A DNA stretch of 64,000 bases from Octopus bimaculoides (taxonomy: Eukaryota): positions 101,267,198 to 101,331,197 of the forward strand of contig NC_068981.1 in the NCBI RefSeq assembly GCF_001194135.2, written 5' to 3'. The notes below the pieces were generated by a model that ran no database searches, was not told the DNA's origin, and worked only from the letters and a program-made list of their open reading frames with translations. Positions 50,881 to 64,000 of the stretch are shown here, piece by piece. The position numbers were made by a program, and so were the translations under genes. The stretch's first letter is position 1. Every line of letters begins with the position of its first letter.

Positions 50881-53433
50881 AAACATTAAAAATCGAAAGA
50901 AAATAAACAGCTTTACAAGTTTAACTCAGTGTTTATTGAGCAAGAAAGGTGTGAAATTTAAGAATGTTAGAATATACATGTCTGTGAAGAGATATAAACA
51001 AGAATAGCAAAGATCTACTATACCTAAAGAACTGGTAATGCATACATTACAAGTGTTTTATGAAGAGAACATAAGATTGCTGCATAATTCAACATGAATG
51101 TGAAATGACATTAAACATTGTGTAAGGTAAATGAAGGTTTCTGTAGGAACGCTAAGTCATATTCACTTAGTGAGTTTACATGCTCAAGGATGAATTATGA
51201 TGTCATTGGCGTTAGATGCAGTAAAATATGGCTTGGACCATGATTACCAGCATGAACGTCAAACTTCAAAAAGTAGTTGACCATTAAATGGTTTTAGTAA
51301 ATTTATACAGAAAAAGTAAGCATTATACCGTTGAGCATAAATAAAAGTCAACTTCCAGTATGAATGTTTACATTTGTACGTCATTTTTCAACAAAAATTC
51401 TAAAAAAAATTCTGGAAATGATCTACTCATGTAATTTACACACCCACTAAAGTTTATTTTTGTTTTTGCAAAAAAAAGTGCATAAATTACATTGGTTTTT
51501 ATGGTATAGTGAACACAGTTGTTTTCCTGATAGTAGCAGGATGCTGTCCACTTTCTTTTGTCACAAAACTTTAGTCTTTTGCTAAGTTTAGTTTAAGACT
51601 TTTCAGTTCCAGGCTTTACTTTCATATCTAAAATTTTCATCTTCAAATCTCCTACAGGTTTCACTATAAGATCCAAGTCACCTGCAAATAGGAGTTCCCA
51701 CAGTCAGCCAGTCTTAAACTCCTTCATGATTGATTCATTAGGAATTTGTAATCAGTGACACTCAACTAATTATTTCACAAGTTGCAATATGAAATAAGTA
51801 AATGAATAACTTTATTGACTTATAATAAACGAGAACAGTAGAAACTAGGTCATATGCCAGGTGTAACCACAAGAGGAATTGAACTTGGCACAACCAGCTG
51901 ACAAACTGCTTATTGATTTTACAGTGCAACTTCCTATATTAACAAAAAATTCTTCCTACCTTGCAGTAAATATTTTAAGCTAAACAAACTGAACAATTTG
52001 AGAGGTCAACCGTCATGCCAAGGGTTATGGACAGCTGACCTCATAATTTTCCTGTTCTCTTTCCACTCAGCAATCTACACACTTAGACTATAAGCACACA
52101 CACACGTACACAATTCAGATATATTAATTTATACTTCAGTATCTTACATTGACTTGAAAAATTAAGCTGATGTTAGTACAAGGATTACTGATTGAGTTAT
52201 AGGAAAACATATGTACTATATCTTTAACTGATATTTTTTCAAGTTTCCACTGTTTCAGAAATTTTATTTCATTGTTGTACATTTTCCTTTCTTACACTAT
52301 ATATCCTTTATTTTTTACTTATTTCAGTCATTGGGCTGTGACCATGCTGGGGCACCGCTTTAAAGGGTTCAGTCAAAAAGTTGAACCCAGAATTTAAGTC
52401 TGGTACTTATTCCATTTCTCTCTTTTGCCAAACCGCTATGTTTCAAGGAAGCAAACAAACCAACACTATTTGTCAAGTAGTAAGGAAGAAAGAACACACA
52501 CATACACAAACAGTGGGCTTCCTTACAGTATCTGTCTGCTACATTCATTCACATAACATTGGTTAGTACAGAACTATAGTAGAAGACACTTGCTCAAGAT
52601 GCCACACAGTGGGACTGATTCTAAAACCACATGGTTGCATAGCGAGCTTTTTTAACCTCACAACCATGCCTGCACCTATATGTTCAGTCATTCTTAAAAC
52701 TTTTGTTTCTCATTAAGACATTCAGATCTTCCTCAAATATATGTAGGAACTTAAAGATGCATCTTCTAGGTTTAAATTTGTGAATTTGTGAAGTCTGGTG
52801 TTACTTTTGGATACACTTTTAATCTTGTATCTACTGTAGATCCTCAGAACTTTACTCAAACTATCCTGTGCACAAGGTAGACAGTACAATAAAATTTAAT
52901 CTATTTGTGGTTAAGCGGGTATCTAGGGATGGGGATTTATTGTTCCTTGTTTCTTCTGTGTAAACATATATATGTTGGTACAGGTTGTTTTCTTGCCTAA
53001 CATTATGAAGTGTCTTCTCTATGTTAATAAATGCAAAATAGAATTATTGGAAACACAAGTACTTTCACACACATGTATATACATGGCAGGAACTTCCGCC
53101 TACCAAATTCCATCACAAACTTTGTTTAGCCTGAGACTATAGCAGAAGACATTTGTCCAAGGTGCCATGCAGTGGGACTGAACCTGAAATCATGTGGTTG
53201 AGGAGCAAGCTTCCTAATCACACAGCCATTCTCGTTAGTGCTTATCCTCCATTACTGCATGACAGCTGATATTGGTTTGTTTACATCCCCATATCTTAGT
53301 GGTTCAACAAAAGAGATTGATCGAATAAATACCAGACTTAAAAGTAAGTGCTGAGATTGATTTGTTCAACTAAACACTTCAAGTCAGTGCCCCAGGTGGT
53401 TGCAGTCCAGTGATTGAAACAAGTAAAAGATAA

Positions 53434-53471
<38 letters not shown>

Positions 53472-53769
53472 CTACTGCCTCTATTATTACTGCTGTTCCT
53501 AACCTTTTCCCATTGTAACCCATTTTGACAAATCAGTAATTTTCCACAACCTCTTTTTTTTTTCAATCTTCCAATGGAGCACAATATTTGATACAACGGT
53601 GGAGGTAAATGTTGTTGTCACTATGCCTCTGGTTTATTGCATGACATAATAGTGCTCAGTTCTTGTGACTTCATGGCACATGGGAGATTAAACTAAAAAA
53701 ACACTGATGCACATCACCTGGAAATTTTTACAAGAAAAACTGTTTTAAAGTTAAAGATTTAGAAAAATA

Positions 53770-54670
53770 TGAGGTGGTATCAAAAAGCTCCTGTACTAGT
53801 TCTGTAGCATACCAACGGATATCAGCACACGGTTGCATGTGCATTGAGAGCTAACAGTGATCTTCATGCAGCAGTGTGCCAAGTGACATTGGTGTGTTTG
53901 CTGCACAAGTTGTATAATTTGTGTTTTTGTGATCACATGTATGCTGTAGTTTGCGATTTTTGTCATGGATGAACAGGAAGTTGGAACAAAGAGCCAACAT
54001 GAAATTTTGCATTAAGCCTGGGAAGTCTGCTACAGACACATTGAGCATGCTTCGGCAAGCTTATGGTGACAAGGCAATGGGTCATGCGCAATGTTCTAAA
54101 TGGCATGGGTGCTTCAAAAGTGGAAAAACATCTCTCATTGTTTTTTTTTTTGTTTTTTTTCGACATCCACGGTATTTTGCATCAAGAATTCGTCCCCCCA
54201 AGACCAGACCATCAATCAAGAGTTCTACTGTGACATTTTGAAGCGTTTGAGGGAGGACATTCAGCTAAAGTAACCAAATTTGTGGAGCGCAAAGAATTGA
54301 ATTCTTCATGACAACAATGCACCCTGTCTCTGAGCTCTCCTCACTTGTGAGTTTCTTGCCAAAAACATTGTATCACTCCCACACCCACCCTATTCACCAG
54401 ATTTAGCACCTGCAGACTTCAATTTCTTCCCCAAGATGAAAATGCAGCTCAAAGGTTGCCATTTTAAAACCATTGTCAAGATCCAGAGCGAATCAGTCTT
54501 TGACTTGCTTACAGAAAATGACTTCCAGACTGGATTCCAAAAATGGCAGGAATACTGTGACTGGTGTATTGCTGTGCAAGGGGACTATTTCAAAAGTGCT
54601 GTTAAAACTTAGGTAAATAAGTTATTTTTATTAAACATAACTGGTTTGGGAACTTTTTGATACCACCTCA
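53770..54670 (+). mobile_element. Internally deleted mariner element
   Basis: TA|TGAGGTGGTATCAAAAAG ... CTTTTTGATACCACCTCA|TA; LEQRANMKFCIKPGKSATDTLSML; LHDNNAP; HPPYSPDLAPADF. Confidence 0.9.
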
Positions 54671-55260
54671 TATAGCAAACTATTAATAAACTTATATTAT
54701 TAATCATTTTTGTGTATAACAAAATTATAACATATTTTTCAAGATACTGAAGCTTTAAAATGTAAATCCTTTACTTATATTTTTGAAAAAATCTATGATA
54801 CATTGAGAACCACTGATTATAATATACTCAAATCAGGTGTGAGGGCATGTGCCATTGCAGCATGTTGTTGCATTCACCATTTGTCAGTATATTCTTGGGT
54901 CTTCATGGGTGATTTGTGAAGCGGTTCCAGTCAGTCCCCATTTTTGCAAGATATTTCCTCATCTGCCGTGGCTATGTGGCGTGTGGTTAACCCAGCCAAA
55001 TCCTCAGTCAAGAGAACATGCTAAGCACAGTCTGACTAGGAAAATCAAGCAATATAGCTAAAAAATCTTGAGCTGGTGATCCAAAATCATACAAGTAACA
55101 GGATGCATCCCAATTTCTGAGTAGTCATTGGTTGGATACGAAATCCAACCTATGGTAAACCCATAATCCCCCGAAGTGTCCTGGTACCAGAGGAGTTCAA
55201 GTGGTTCCTAGGGGCCCTGGACAGTGTCCAAGTCTCACAACAAGAAATCTCAGGGTTGCA

Positions 55261-56350
55261 TCAATGCTCTCTGAACTTTGCCCAGGCTATTCTTATTCTA
55301 GCAGCTACATTCTCAGAGCATCCACCCCCACTACTGACTTGGTAACGGAAGCTATCAACTACTTGTAGTTTTTCCTCCTGGCATGTGACAGAAGCTGTTT
55401 TCTGCACATTTTCGGGGTTTATTGCCCCTAAGCATTTACCACACACAAAAACTATCTTCCCAGTTAGCCTTCCTTTGATATTGCTGCACCTCTTATGTGT
55501 CCATAGCTTACACCAGGTGCATCTTATGGAGTTTCTACCTACACCTTTTCTACAGATCGAGCAGGGCCATCTACCTGAAGGGATTTGTTGTCTGTCTGCC
55601 TTCCTACTCATTAGGACTTAGGTTTTTGCTACATTGATTCTAAGTCCCTTCAATTCTAGACCTTGCTTCCACAACTGAAACTTCTCTAGTTCTAATAATG
55701 ACTCAGCTATTAACACAATATCATCAGCATAGAGAAGCTCCCAGGGGCATCCCGTCTTGAATTCCTCTGTTATTTCCTGGAGGGCTATGATGAATAAAAC
55801 AGGGCTGCGGACTGATCCTCGGTGGACCCCTACCCCCACCCGGAATTCTTCACTGTACTTGTTGCCAACCCTCACTTTACTGACAGCATCCCTGTACATG
55901 GCTTGCACAGCTCTCATTAACCACTCATCTATCCTAGATGACCACATTGACCACTAGATAAGGGATCGGGGGACCCTGTCAGAGGCTTTCTCCATGTCAA
56001 CAAAAGCCAAGTACAGAGGTTTATCTTTGGCTAGGTATTTCTCCTGCAGCTGTCTTACCAGAAATATAGCATCAGTGGTGCTTTTCCCTGGCACAAACCC
56101 AAACTGCATCTCGTCTAGACTGACTCTCTCCCCAATTAGTTGGGTTATGACCCTCTCCGTGACCTTCATTACCTGATCAAACAACTTATACCTCTATAAT
56201 TATTTGTATCTAATGCATCACCTTTACTTTTGTAGCAGTTGACTATGGTGCTGCTACACCAGTTCATTGGGTATGACTCCTTCATGTATCACCTGACTGA
56301 CTATACAGGTGATGACTATAGCCGACACTGCCAGATATTTTAAGCATCTC
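55261..56350 (-). mobile_element. RTE LINE ORF2 fragment (RT domain with a PHD-like Cys/His insert), frameshifted
   Basis: QFGFVPGKSTTDAIFLVRQLQEKYL..AFVDMEKASDRVP; GVHRGSVRSPVLF; WELLYADD; CSIC..CTWC..HKRC..CGKC; RIRIAWAKFRE. Confidence 0.92.
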
Positions 56351-56429
56351 TGCAGTGTACCTGGTTACAAAAAACATTGCCCCACTACTTCTCTATATGG
56401 TCACTCAACCTGCTAGAAATGCCAGCCAA

Positions 56430-56775
56430 ATTTTCCACCCTGTGGAAGAGGTGGACCCAAGAAGACATGGGATGAGGTGGCTAAGCATGATCTTCAGCTG
56501 TTGAATCTCATGGAAGCAATAACAAGTAATCGAGATCTTTGGTGATTTGCTGTGCTTGAGAAGACACATCAAGCCAAGTGAAATCTTAGTCATGGCCAGT
56601 GCCAGTGACACATAAGACCCCACTACACTCTTGGATTTTTTGGCATTAGGAAGAGCATCCAGTCATAGAAACCAAGCCAAATTAGACTAGAGCCTGATGC
56701 AGTTTACTAGTTCCAGTCAAACTGTCTAACCCATGCCAGCATGGAAAAGTTGCTAAATGATGATGATGATGATAT
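56430..56775 (+). mobile_element. RTE LINE 3' end inserted into a SINE
   Basis: KKTWDEVAKHD..AVLEKT; ends in (GAT)n; SINE sequence continues on both sides. Confidence 0.7.
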
Positions 56776-57477
56776 CTAAAATTACAACAGCCCAAAGAAG
56801 AAGAGACAGTTTGGTCATAGCTAGAATGTTTTTAATCATTGATCTACTCCATCGAGGCTGACTAGGCTCTAAACTACAACACCACCATGCAGATATTACA
56901 TGCTAACTCTGTACTTCAGTAAAGAGGGTGAGCTATATCTTCCTGGAGTACAATGCAGTACTTGTTGCTAAATATGAACTAAATATGACTTCAGCTTATC
57001 TAGACTAATAATTGTGGTTGCCAGCATTATCCTTTCACTTTTAACTTGGAACTCTCTAATTAAAATAATAATTGTATCGTTAAAAAGCTCTCATCTGAAG
57101 GAAAATAACACATTCTTTATTATTAAAACATTCTAATTTAAATCTGAGAAATGGTTTTAATATAAAAGCCTAAGCAATTGGTATTAAATTTTGAAAGGAA
57201 AAGTTATTTTTATTGTTGTTGTTTTTGGTATTAGTATTATTTCTTCCATATCTTCATTGGCTAGAGATTACTTAAGTCATTAAGATATAAAAATAACATC
57301 AGTTATCTTGAAAGATAAATGTGACAGTTTGCTATCTGTACTGAATTATTTTGGTTTATTGCTGTTCTTTCCATATAGCCACTTGTAATGTTTGTTATAC
57401 TGGATTTTACACAAGTAGAATCAGTAGAAGTGATTTCTCAATTTATGAAATTCTAAGATAATCAGAAGTAAAGATTA

Positions 57478-57479
<2 letters not shown>

Positions 57480-57541
<62 letters not shown>
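57480..57541. repeat. (TA)n microsatellite
   Basis: Directly visible. Confidence 0.95.
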
Positions 57542-57545
<4 letters not shown>

Positions 57546-60500
57546 AATGTATTTTATCTATAAACTTAATATTATGATGACTTGGTAATATAAGTAATGT
57601 TTTAAATAGACATACATCAGTTCATGTACCATGTGGAGAGGTAAGTGCTGATGTTTTGAGCAGGGCCTTCTGTTTTATATCACAATTTATCTTTAGTTCT
57701 TGTTGACTCAGACCATTCCTAGTTTTCTCAGATGCTGCTGTTGTTTTGTTTTTGTTGTAGATGCACAGCATAGATTGGTAGATTGTCCCACGTAAATGTA
57801 GTGTTAGGAAAGATTTCCAGCACTGCAGCCTCACTCTTCCCTATCCACTCTAGCAACTTACCCGACAACATCTCATCTCTTTTTCATTGTCCTGTATACT
57901 GTATCATCATTTCTATTCTGTTGCTCCACACTTTCAGACATCCCCTACTCCACCCGCTTCTAGCTTCTCTGTCCCACTCATTGCTACCCATTTTATACCT
58001 TGAAGGTCCACCCTGACATCTCATCACAACTATTTTTTTTATCAGTGTCTAGCTTCACCTGATCACCCCCACCCTCTCTTCTAAAATGTGAGTAGTCATG
58101 TAGTTAGTTCCTCTACAGCAAGAAACCTGTTTGGCTCTGGCCCTTTTCTCTCATACTTCACCCTTCTCTACTCATTCTCTTACCATAACATTATCACCAC
58201 CCCATCCTAGGGTTCATAGTTTTGTAAGCTGCATGGCAACCTAGTGCTGGTAGTACAAAAAAGGCACCCAGTACATGCTGTAAAGACGTCGTTTGGGTTT
58301 GGGAAGAGCATCCAACCATAGAAACCATGCCAAACAACAATAGAAATTAACCTAAAAGAGAATATAGCCTGTCAATAATCCTTCTTTATATTTCCTTTCC
58401 TTCTGATATGTATTATGATTTTTTGCTTTTTAATATATTTTAACTTCATTCTTAATGCTCTTTGTTAGATGCTAATAGCTTGTATCAGATTTTCCCCACT
58501 CAACTTATTGATTTAAAGAATCACCCAAGTACAAACTGTAGCAGAGGGTGAAGAGAGACCACTATACAGTGACCCTAATTAAGATTAAAATGCCATGCAT
58601 TATGTTTCATATTTGTTTTGTTTTGATTTTTTGATTTTTTTATATATATACACACCCAAACCTGGCTTTTGGCTAAGAAGCTTGCTTTGCAGCCACATGA
58701 TTTCGGGATCAGTCTTACTGTGGAGCACCTTGAGCAAGTAACTTCTACTTCAACTCTGTGAGTGAAATCAGTAGATGGAAACTGTAGAAGCCTGCCGTGT
58801 GTGTGTATTTAAGTACTAGGACTGATTTATTGGACTAAACCTTTCAAGGCAGTGCTCCAGTATGGTTGCAGCCTAATGTCTGAAACGAATAAAAGATACA
58901 ATTAGATACCTGTCCTGTCACTAATCACTTCACAGCATGGTCTGAGTACATTTTATATCTTGCTACTGGCATTAGAGATGCTGACTGGCAAGACTGAAAT
59001 CCTCTCCATCCTGTCATCAGTTCTATTCAGAGTTTTTACATGTGCAGCTTCCAGTACTTACAGTGTTTTTTTGTTGTTGTTTTTTTTCTTTCTTTTTTTA
59101 CCCCTAAAGAAATTGTTAGAATCAGTGTTTGTCTTGCTAGAAGACGATTATGCTGAGCCATTCTCTTCAGAAATATATAGCCACCATTTAAATTCTCTTT
59201 ATAAAGCTGTGAATATGCTATACTTAATTGTTGTCGAATAACTTGTTAGCTACTTCTACAGTAGACCTTTGTCATTAATATAGCTTATAGGATAAATCAT
59301 TTTATTGAAATTTCTTGTTCTGTTTTATTCTACATGTGTTTGTGTGTGAGTATGTAATATTGTTTACATTTTATCTATGAAAGTATTGATTCTGAAACTG
59401 TGGACTTTTATGTGGATGTTTGAAACTGGTGTTTCACTATTGAATGCAAAGTCCTTTAATCATGAAGTGAATTGAGAACTGTGTTAAGATTTATGATTCA
59501 AAAGAAGTTCACACTAAAGATATTTGAAAAATTTCCCAATGGTATTTCCTTGTGAATGAAGACCATAGTTAAGTCCAGACTACCATACGTTAAATAAAGG
59601 CCTATGGAATTTGGAGATGGAAATGTTTCTGTTGAATAGACAAGTGTTTCTGAAGCACTCTTTCAAGCTGAATCCAGATATACTGTTTGTTTTCACCAAT
59701 CATGTCACCAATCATATACACGCTATTTGATTTTCTCAAAAAATGTTGTTTTCCTTGATTTTATGTCCTAGTCTGACTTTGGAACAGTGGGCCAAAGTGT
59801 AAAAAATGCTTCATTGTCACCCTTTGCTTGTATAAAGTATAGTAAAATCATGAATATATCTGATTTTGTGCATAGATAATTTAATTATAGTAAGATTTCA
59901 GCCAGAAATGGGGATTTTTTTTACCTGTGATGAGAAAATACAAAAAGAGGCCCAGGATTGTTTTGTTCTATTGATACAGAATTAAACAACGAAATCTGCA
60001 AATTATATGCATACTAGCAGTATAAACCGACCTTGTCCAGGTGTGACTTATTATGCCATCTACGATAAGTCTTGCTAGCTGAAAATCAACTAAAAAAGAA
60101 AGCCTTACAACGAAAAAACCCTTATGATGTAAATATGTTCATAATTCAAAAGACAATGAAATTAATAGGGAAAGTCTGAAAGCTGTTTTGCGTAAAATTA
60201 TTAAGCATACGTAAATTTCATCCGTGTAATTGGCTATAGAAATGCTTGTGCAAAACAACTTTTTGCGCTGCCCTGATTATACATAGCAGGGTAATCCCTT
60301 TTCACAGGAGCTAGGATGGCAATTTGTGATGAAGCAATTGCTGGCGATCTGTTGCCAAACAGTTTTGCCAGAATTNNNNNNNNNNNNNNNNNNNNNNNNN
60401 NNNNNNNNNNNNNNNNNNNNNNNNNNNNNNNNNNNNNNNNNNNNNNNNNNNNNNNNNNNNNNNNNNNNNNNNNNNNNNNNNNNNNNNNNNNNNNNNNNNN

Positions 60501-61539
60501 NNNNNNNNNNNNNNNNNNNNNNNNNNNNNNNNNNNNNNNNNNNNNNNNNNNNNNNNNNNNNNNNNNNNNNNNNNNNNNNNNNNNNNNNNNNNNNNNNNNN
60601 NNNNNNNNNNNNNNNNNNNNNNNNNNNNNNNNNNNNNNNNNNNNNNNNNNNNNNNNNNNNNNNNNNNNNNNNNNNNNNNNNNNNNNNNNNNNNNNNNNNN
60701 NNNNNNNNNNNNNNNNNNNNNNNNNNNNNNNNNNNNNNNNNNNNNNNNNNNNNNNNNNNNNNNNNNNNNNNNNNNNNNNNNNNNNNNNNNNNNNNNNNNN
60801 NNNNNNNNNNNNNNNNNNNNNNNNNNNNNNNNNNNNNNNNNNNNNNNNNNNNNNNNNNNNNNNNNNNNNNNNNNNNNNNNNNNNNNNNNNNNNNNNNNNN
60901 NNNNNNNNNNNNNNNNNNNNNNNNNNNNNNNNNNNNNNNNNNNNNNNNNNNNNNNNNNNNNNNNNNNNNNNNNNNNNNNNNNNNNNNNNNNNNNNNNNNN
61001 NNNNNNNNNNNNNNNNNNNNNNNNNNNNNNNNNNNNNNNNNNNNNNNNNNNNNNNNNNNNNNNNNNNNNNNNNNNNNNNNNNNNNNNNNNNNNNNNNNNN
61101 NNNNNNNNNNNNNNNNNNNNNNNNNNNNNNNNNNNNNNNNNNNNNNNNNNNNNNNNNNNNNNNNNNNNNNNNNNNNNNNNNNNNNNNNNNNNNNNNNNNN
61201 NNNNNNNNNNNNNNNNNNNNNNNNNNNNNNNNNNNNNNNNNNNNNNNNNNNNNNNNNNNNNNNNNNNNNNNNNNNNNNNNNNNNNNNNNNNNNNNNNNNN
61301 NNNNNNNNNTCTATGTTATGAAAAATAGGTAAAGAACACTGAGATGAAAGTTTAATCTATGACGTTGTATGTATCACTTTCTCTCTCTCTCCCTCTCCAA
61401 CTCTATATTTTTATGTTGAGCGCGTGTGTAAGAATGGCGTTCCAGGTAGAAGGGATGAAATATAAAAGTTGCTAGAAACAACAGCCAAATCTCCCTTAAA
61501 TCACGCAAAGTAAAGGGAATTTTAAAAATCTAATTACTA

Positions 61540-61990
61540 CACTGGAAAGTTCACATCGAGAAAATTCCATTGATGTAAAAAATTTTACGAAAAAGTGGAA
61601 AATGTGGATTTCTATAAACATTCAAAAAGGCTTCACACAAACACACAACTTCAGATTTATATATTAAGATAACATGATATCCTCCCAAAAATTGTCAAAT
61701 GTCATTATAAAGGAAGAAATCCCTGTTTCTTAGACATCCTTGAAATGTTTTAACAGTGGGTAGTCCTTATTATATTCCAACAGTAATCAGCGATCATATT
61801 CACATCCATGTCCCTTGGTATCTCTCCTCTATTACCCTCATATTTTGGTGGAATCTTCTCCATGTTTATCACTGATGTTGCTCAAATTCCGTGGAAATTG
61901 ATCCAAGTGACTGAACAAAAGATGTATCTTGATGCTCATTTTGCATCCCAGAGAATGAAAAGACCAGATCATTTTTTACAACAATTTTGT
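61540..61990 (-). mobile_element. Chapaev3-like (CMC) transposon 3' fragment
   Basis: CKMSIKIHLLFSHLDQFPRNLSNISDKHGE/FHQNMRVIEERYQG/WDVNMIADYCW; possible terminus CACTGG at 61540. Confidence 0.75.
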
Positions 61991-62049
61991 TGTAATTGGC
62001 TGTTTTGTTGTTGCCAAGAGACCACTCAAACTAAAGTGTTCATATTTAA

Positions 62050-62334
62050 CCCTTTAGCACTTACACTGACCATGTCCACACCATATATTCATTCCATCTG
62101 TTTTATGTTCAAACCAGTCAGATCTGGCTTCTTGCACCTACCCAACAATGTCATTCTAAAAATAATCACATCATTGAAATCTTGAAGCTACAAGATAATG
62201 CTTGATTAATTCAATATAACATGAATAAATAAGCATTACATTTGACATAGTAATTTGACCAAAATTTTCTAACATGATTGAAAATTTATTGAAAAGTACA
62301 AGCTGTCTGCTCATTAAATGTAGTCACAAAAGAG
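62050..62334. mobile_element. piggyBac-type MITE
   Basis: TTAA|CCCTTTAGCA ... AAAAGAG|TTAA; body shared with 43098-43571. Confidence 0.6.
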
Positions 62335-63021
62335 TTAAATATAACAGGTTTTATTTATTCATTTATTTATCTTCTAATATACCTAAGAACATAAATATCA
62401 AAATATTGAAAGACAATTCTTTAGTTTATTCTTTGAATTAAATATTCATGACTTCTGTGCTTGCTAATAACTGGTATACAGGTTTTATCTGAGGCTGTGT
62501 TTGATTTAGAACTGATAAGGAAATGTTTTGCTGTTTTAATTCATCAGATTTTTGCAAGCTTTCTTAGTTTTGCTTTTTAAGAAATTATGAAATGAAGTCT
62601 TAATTCATAGCAAATATATTCAAATCTTATCACATGGATCACATCAAAATACTGTATCTGCAGACCACATGATGGTAGCATCTATCTTCTACCTAGCTGA
62701 AGATAGATGCAATTACTGCAATTGCTAAATACTACTACTCTTACTATTATTACTACTGCTGAAAAGTTGATAGTGGTTTTAAGTGTATTTTCCTGCAATC
62801 AGCTGCTCCCATATACCCTTTTGAAGGCAGTGCCCCAGCAATGTGTTAACTATTAATGATTAAGAAAAGCTAAAGAACACTAACATGGAGCCATATATGT
62901 CATAAAAAATAATAATAAATTTTAAATAAATAGCAAAAGAAAAATGGTTGGTAATCAGTATGTGAATTAGTGAAGTTACAGATTTAAGATATTTAAACCA
63001 GCTCTAGGGCTGGTTGGCTGA

Positions 63022-63074
<53 letters not shown>

Positions 63075-63105
63075 NNNNNNNNNNCTCTCTCTCTCTGTCT
63101 CTCTC

Positions 63106-63136
<31 letters not shown>

Positions 63137-64000
63137 GCATTTGGTTTTGGATTATTTTATCTGTTCATTATTCTAAAATTACTCAATACCTAGCTGATTA
63201 TGTAGTTTTCTTTTTTACTTTGTTCCATAAATAGAATTTCCCAAACAATCTTCAGCATCAATGCCTTAAGTATAATAGAAGACATTAAATATTATACAGC
63301 TGCTAATTCACATGAGCTTACACACTTTAACTTGCTTGTTACATTTTCTAAATGCTTTGAGATGTCCTATCTGCATGAGAACACATTTACCAATATTAGG
63401 CTTCTTAAATGGCATGTTGCAGTTAAACCGATTGTATGCTGCTCTAAGGTCTGTAAAACTATTCCAGAAGGCAGCAAATGCTCCATTATTCTTTAGAACT
63501 TATGTTGAACATTTATTGATCTGTTTTGTACTCCAAACTTTATTGGTTTGTTTCTATCTTCTACCTCAGTTTGAGCATAGATAATAGCAATTCATAGCTG
63601 TGCAAGACATTTTTGTTTAATGTCTTCCTGCATAAGTTCAAATTAGCCACTTACCATAAACTCCATTTTATGAGCTGTTTAAATTTTAAATGCCTGTAGA
63701 CTTTTTCAAAGAACTCAGTTATTTAAGTGTGCTGTTTGATTTGAATAGTAGCATATAGAGTATTTATGTCCTAGTTGCTTCTGAGGTGGGCTGTTTTAGA
63801 GTACTTTTCCTTTTAAGCTAGCTTTAGTGAGTCTGAAAATAAGTTTCAATCTCGTCACCAAAGAGCTGTAAATGGCCGAGTGGTAAGGTACCAGACAAGT
63901 GGTCAGTTTCATATCCTTTACTGACACTACATTGGGGATATGGCCAAGGCATTTAACAAACAACAACCAAGTCCACATAACTTTAAGTATATAGGTATTT

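Noticed and set aside
55261-56775. Opposite-orientation RTE pieces suggesting a twin-priming 5' inversion
   Set aside because: The plus-strand 3' piece sits inside a separate SINE and no shared TSD is visible, so these are more simply independent insertions.
58950-59060. Minus-frame EAAHVKTLNRTDDRMERIS..ISNASSK resembling CHMP4 helix 4
   Set aside because: Wrong strand for the exon-1 gene, weak similarity and no splice context.

Overview
Repeat-dense, AT-rich eukaryotic genomic DNA with eight N gaps. The SINE, RTE-LINE and microsatellite landscape suggests a coleoid cephalopod, probably Octopus (inference, not verified). The only host coding sequence I recognise is exon 1 of a divergent ESCRT-III CHMP4/Snf7-like gene (28698-28881, +); I could not find its later exons. 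The rest is decayed mobile DNA: tRNA-derived SINEs, RTE and Tx1/L1-like LINEs, Penelope-like elements, Tc1, mariner, hAT and Chapaev3-like transposons, TTAA MITEs, fold-back MITEs and an unclassified transposase fossil. The most notable signal is a cluster of minimal type-I hammerhead ribozyme motifs between 7 and 22 kb. One belongs to a TSD-flanked element combining a tRNA-like head, a hammerhead tail and an inverted copy of that tail, which suggests a Penelope-mobilised SINE. Also notable are an 8-bp-TSD MITE carrying (CCCTAA)n, three adjacent long hairpin elements, and a drop in CpG content near 33 kb. All homology calls come from motif recognition by eye; no database search was run.
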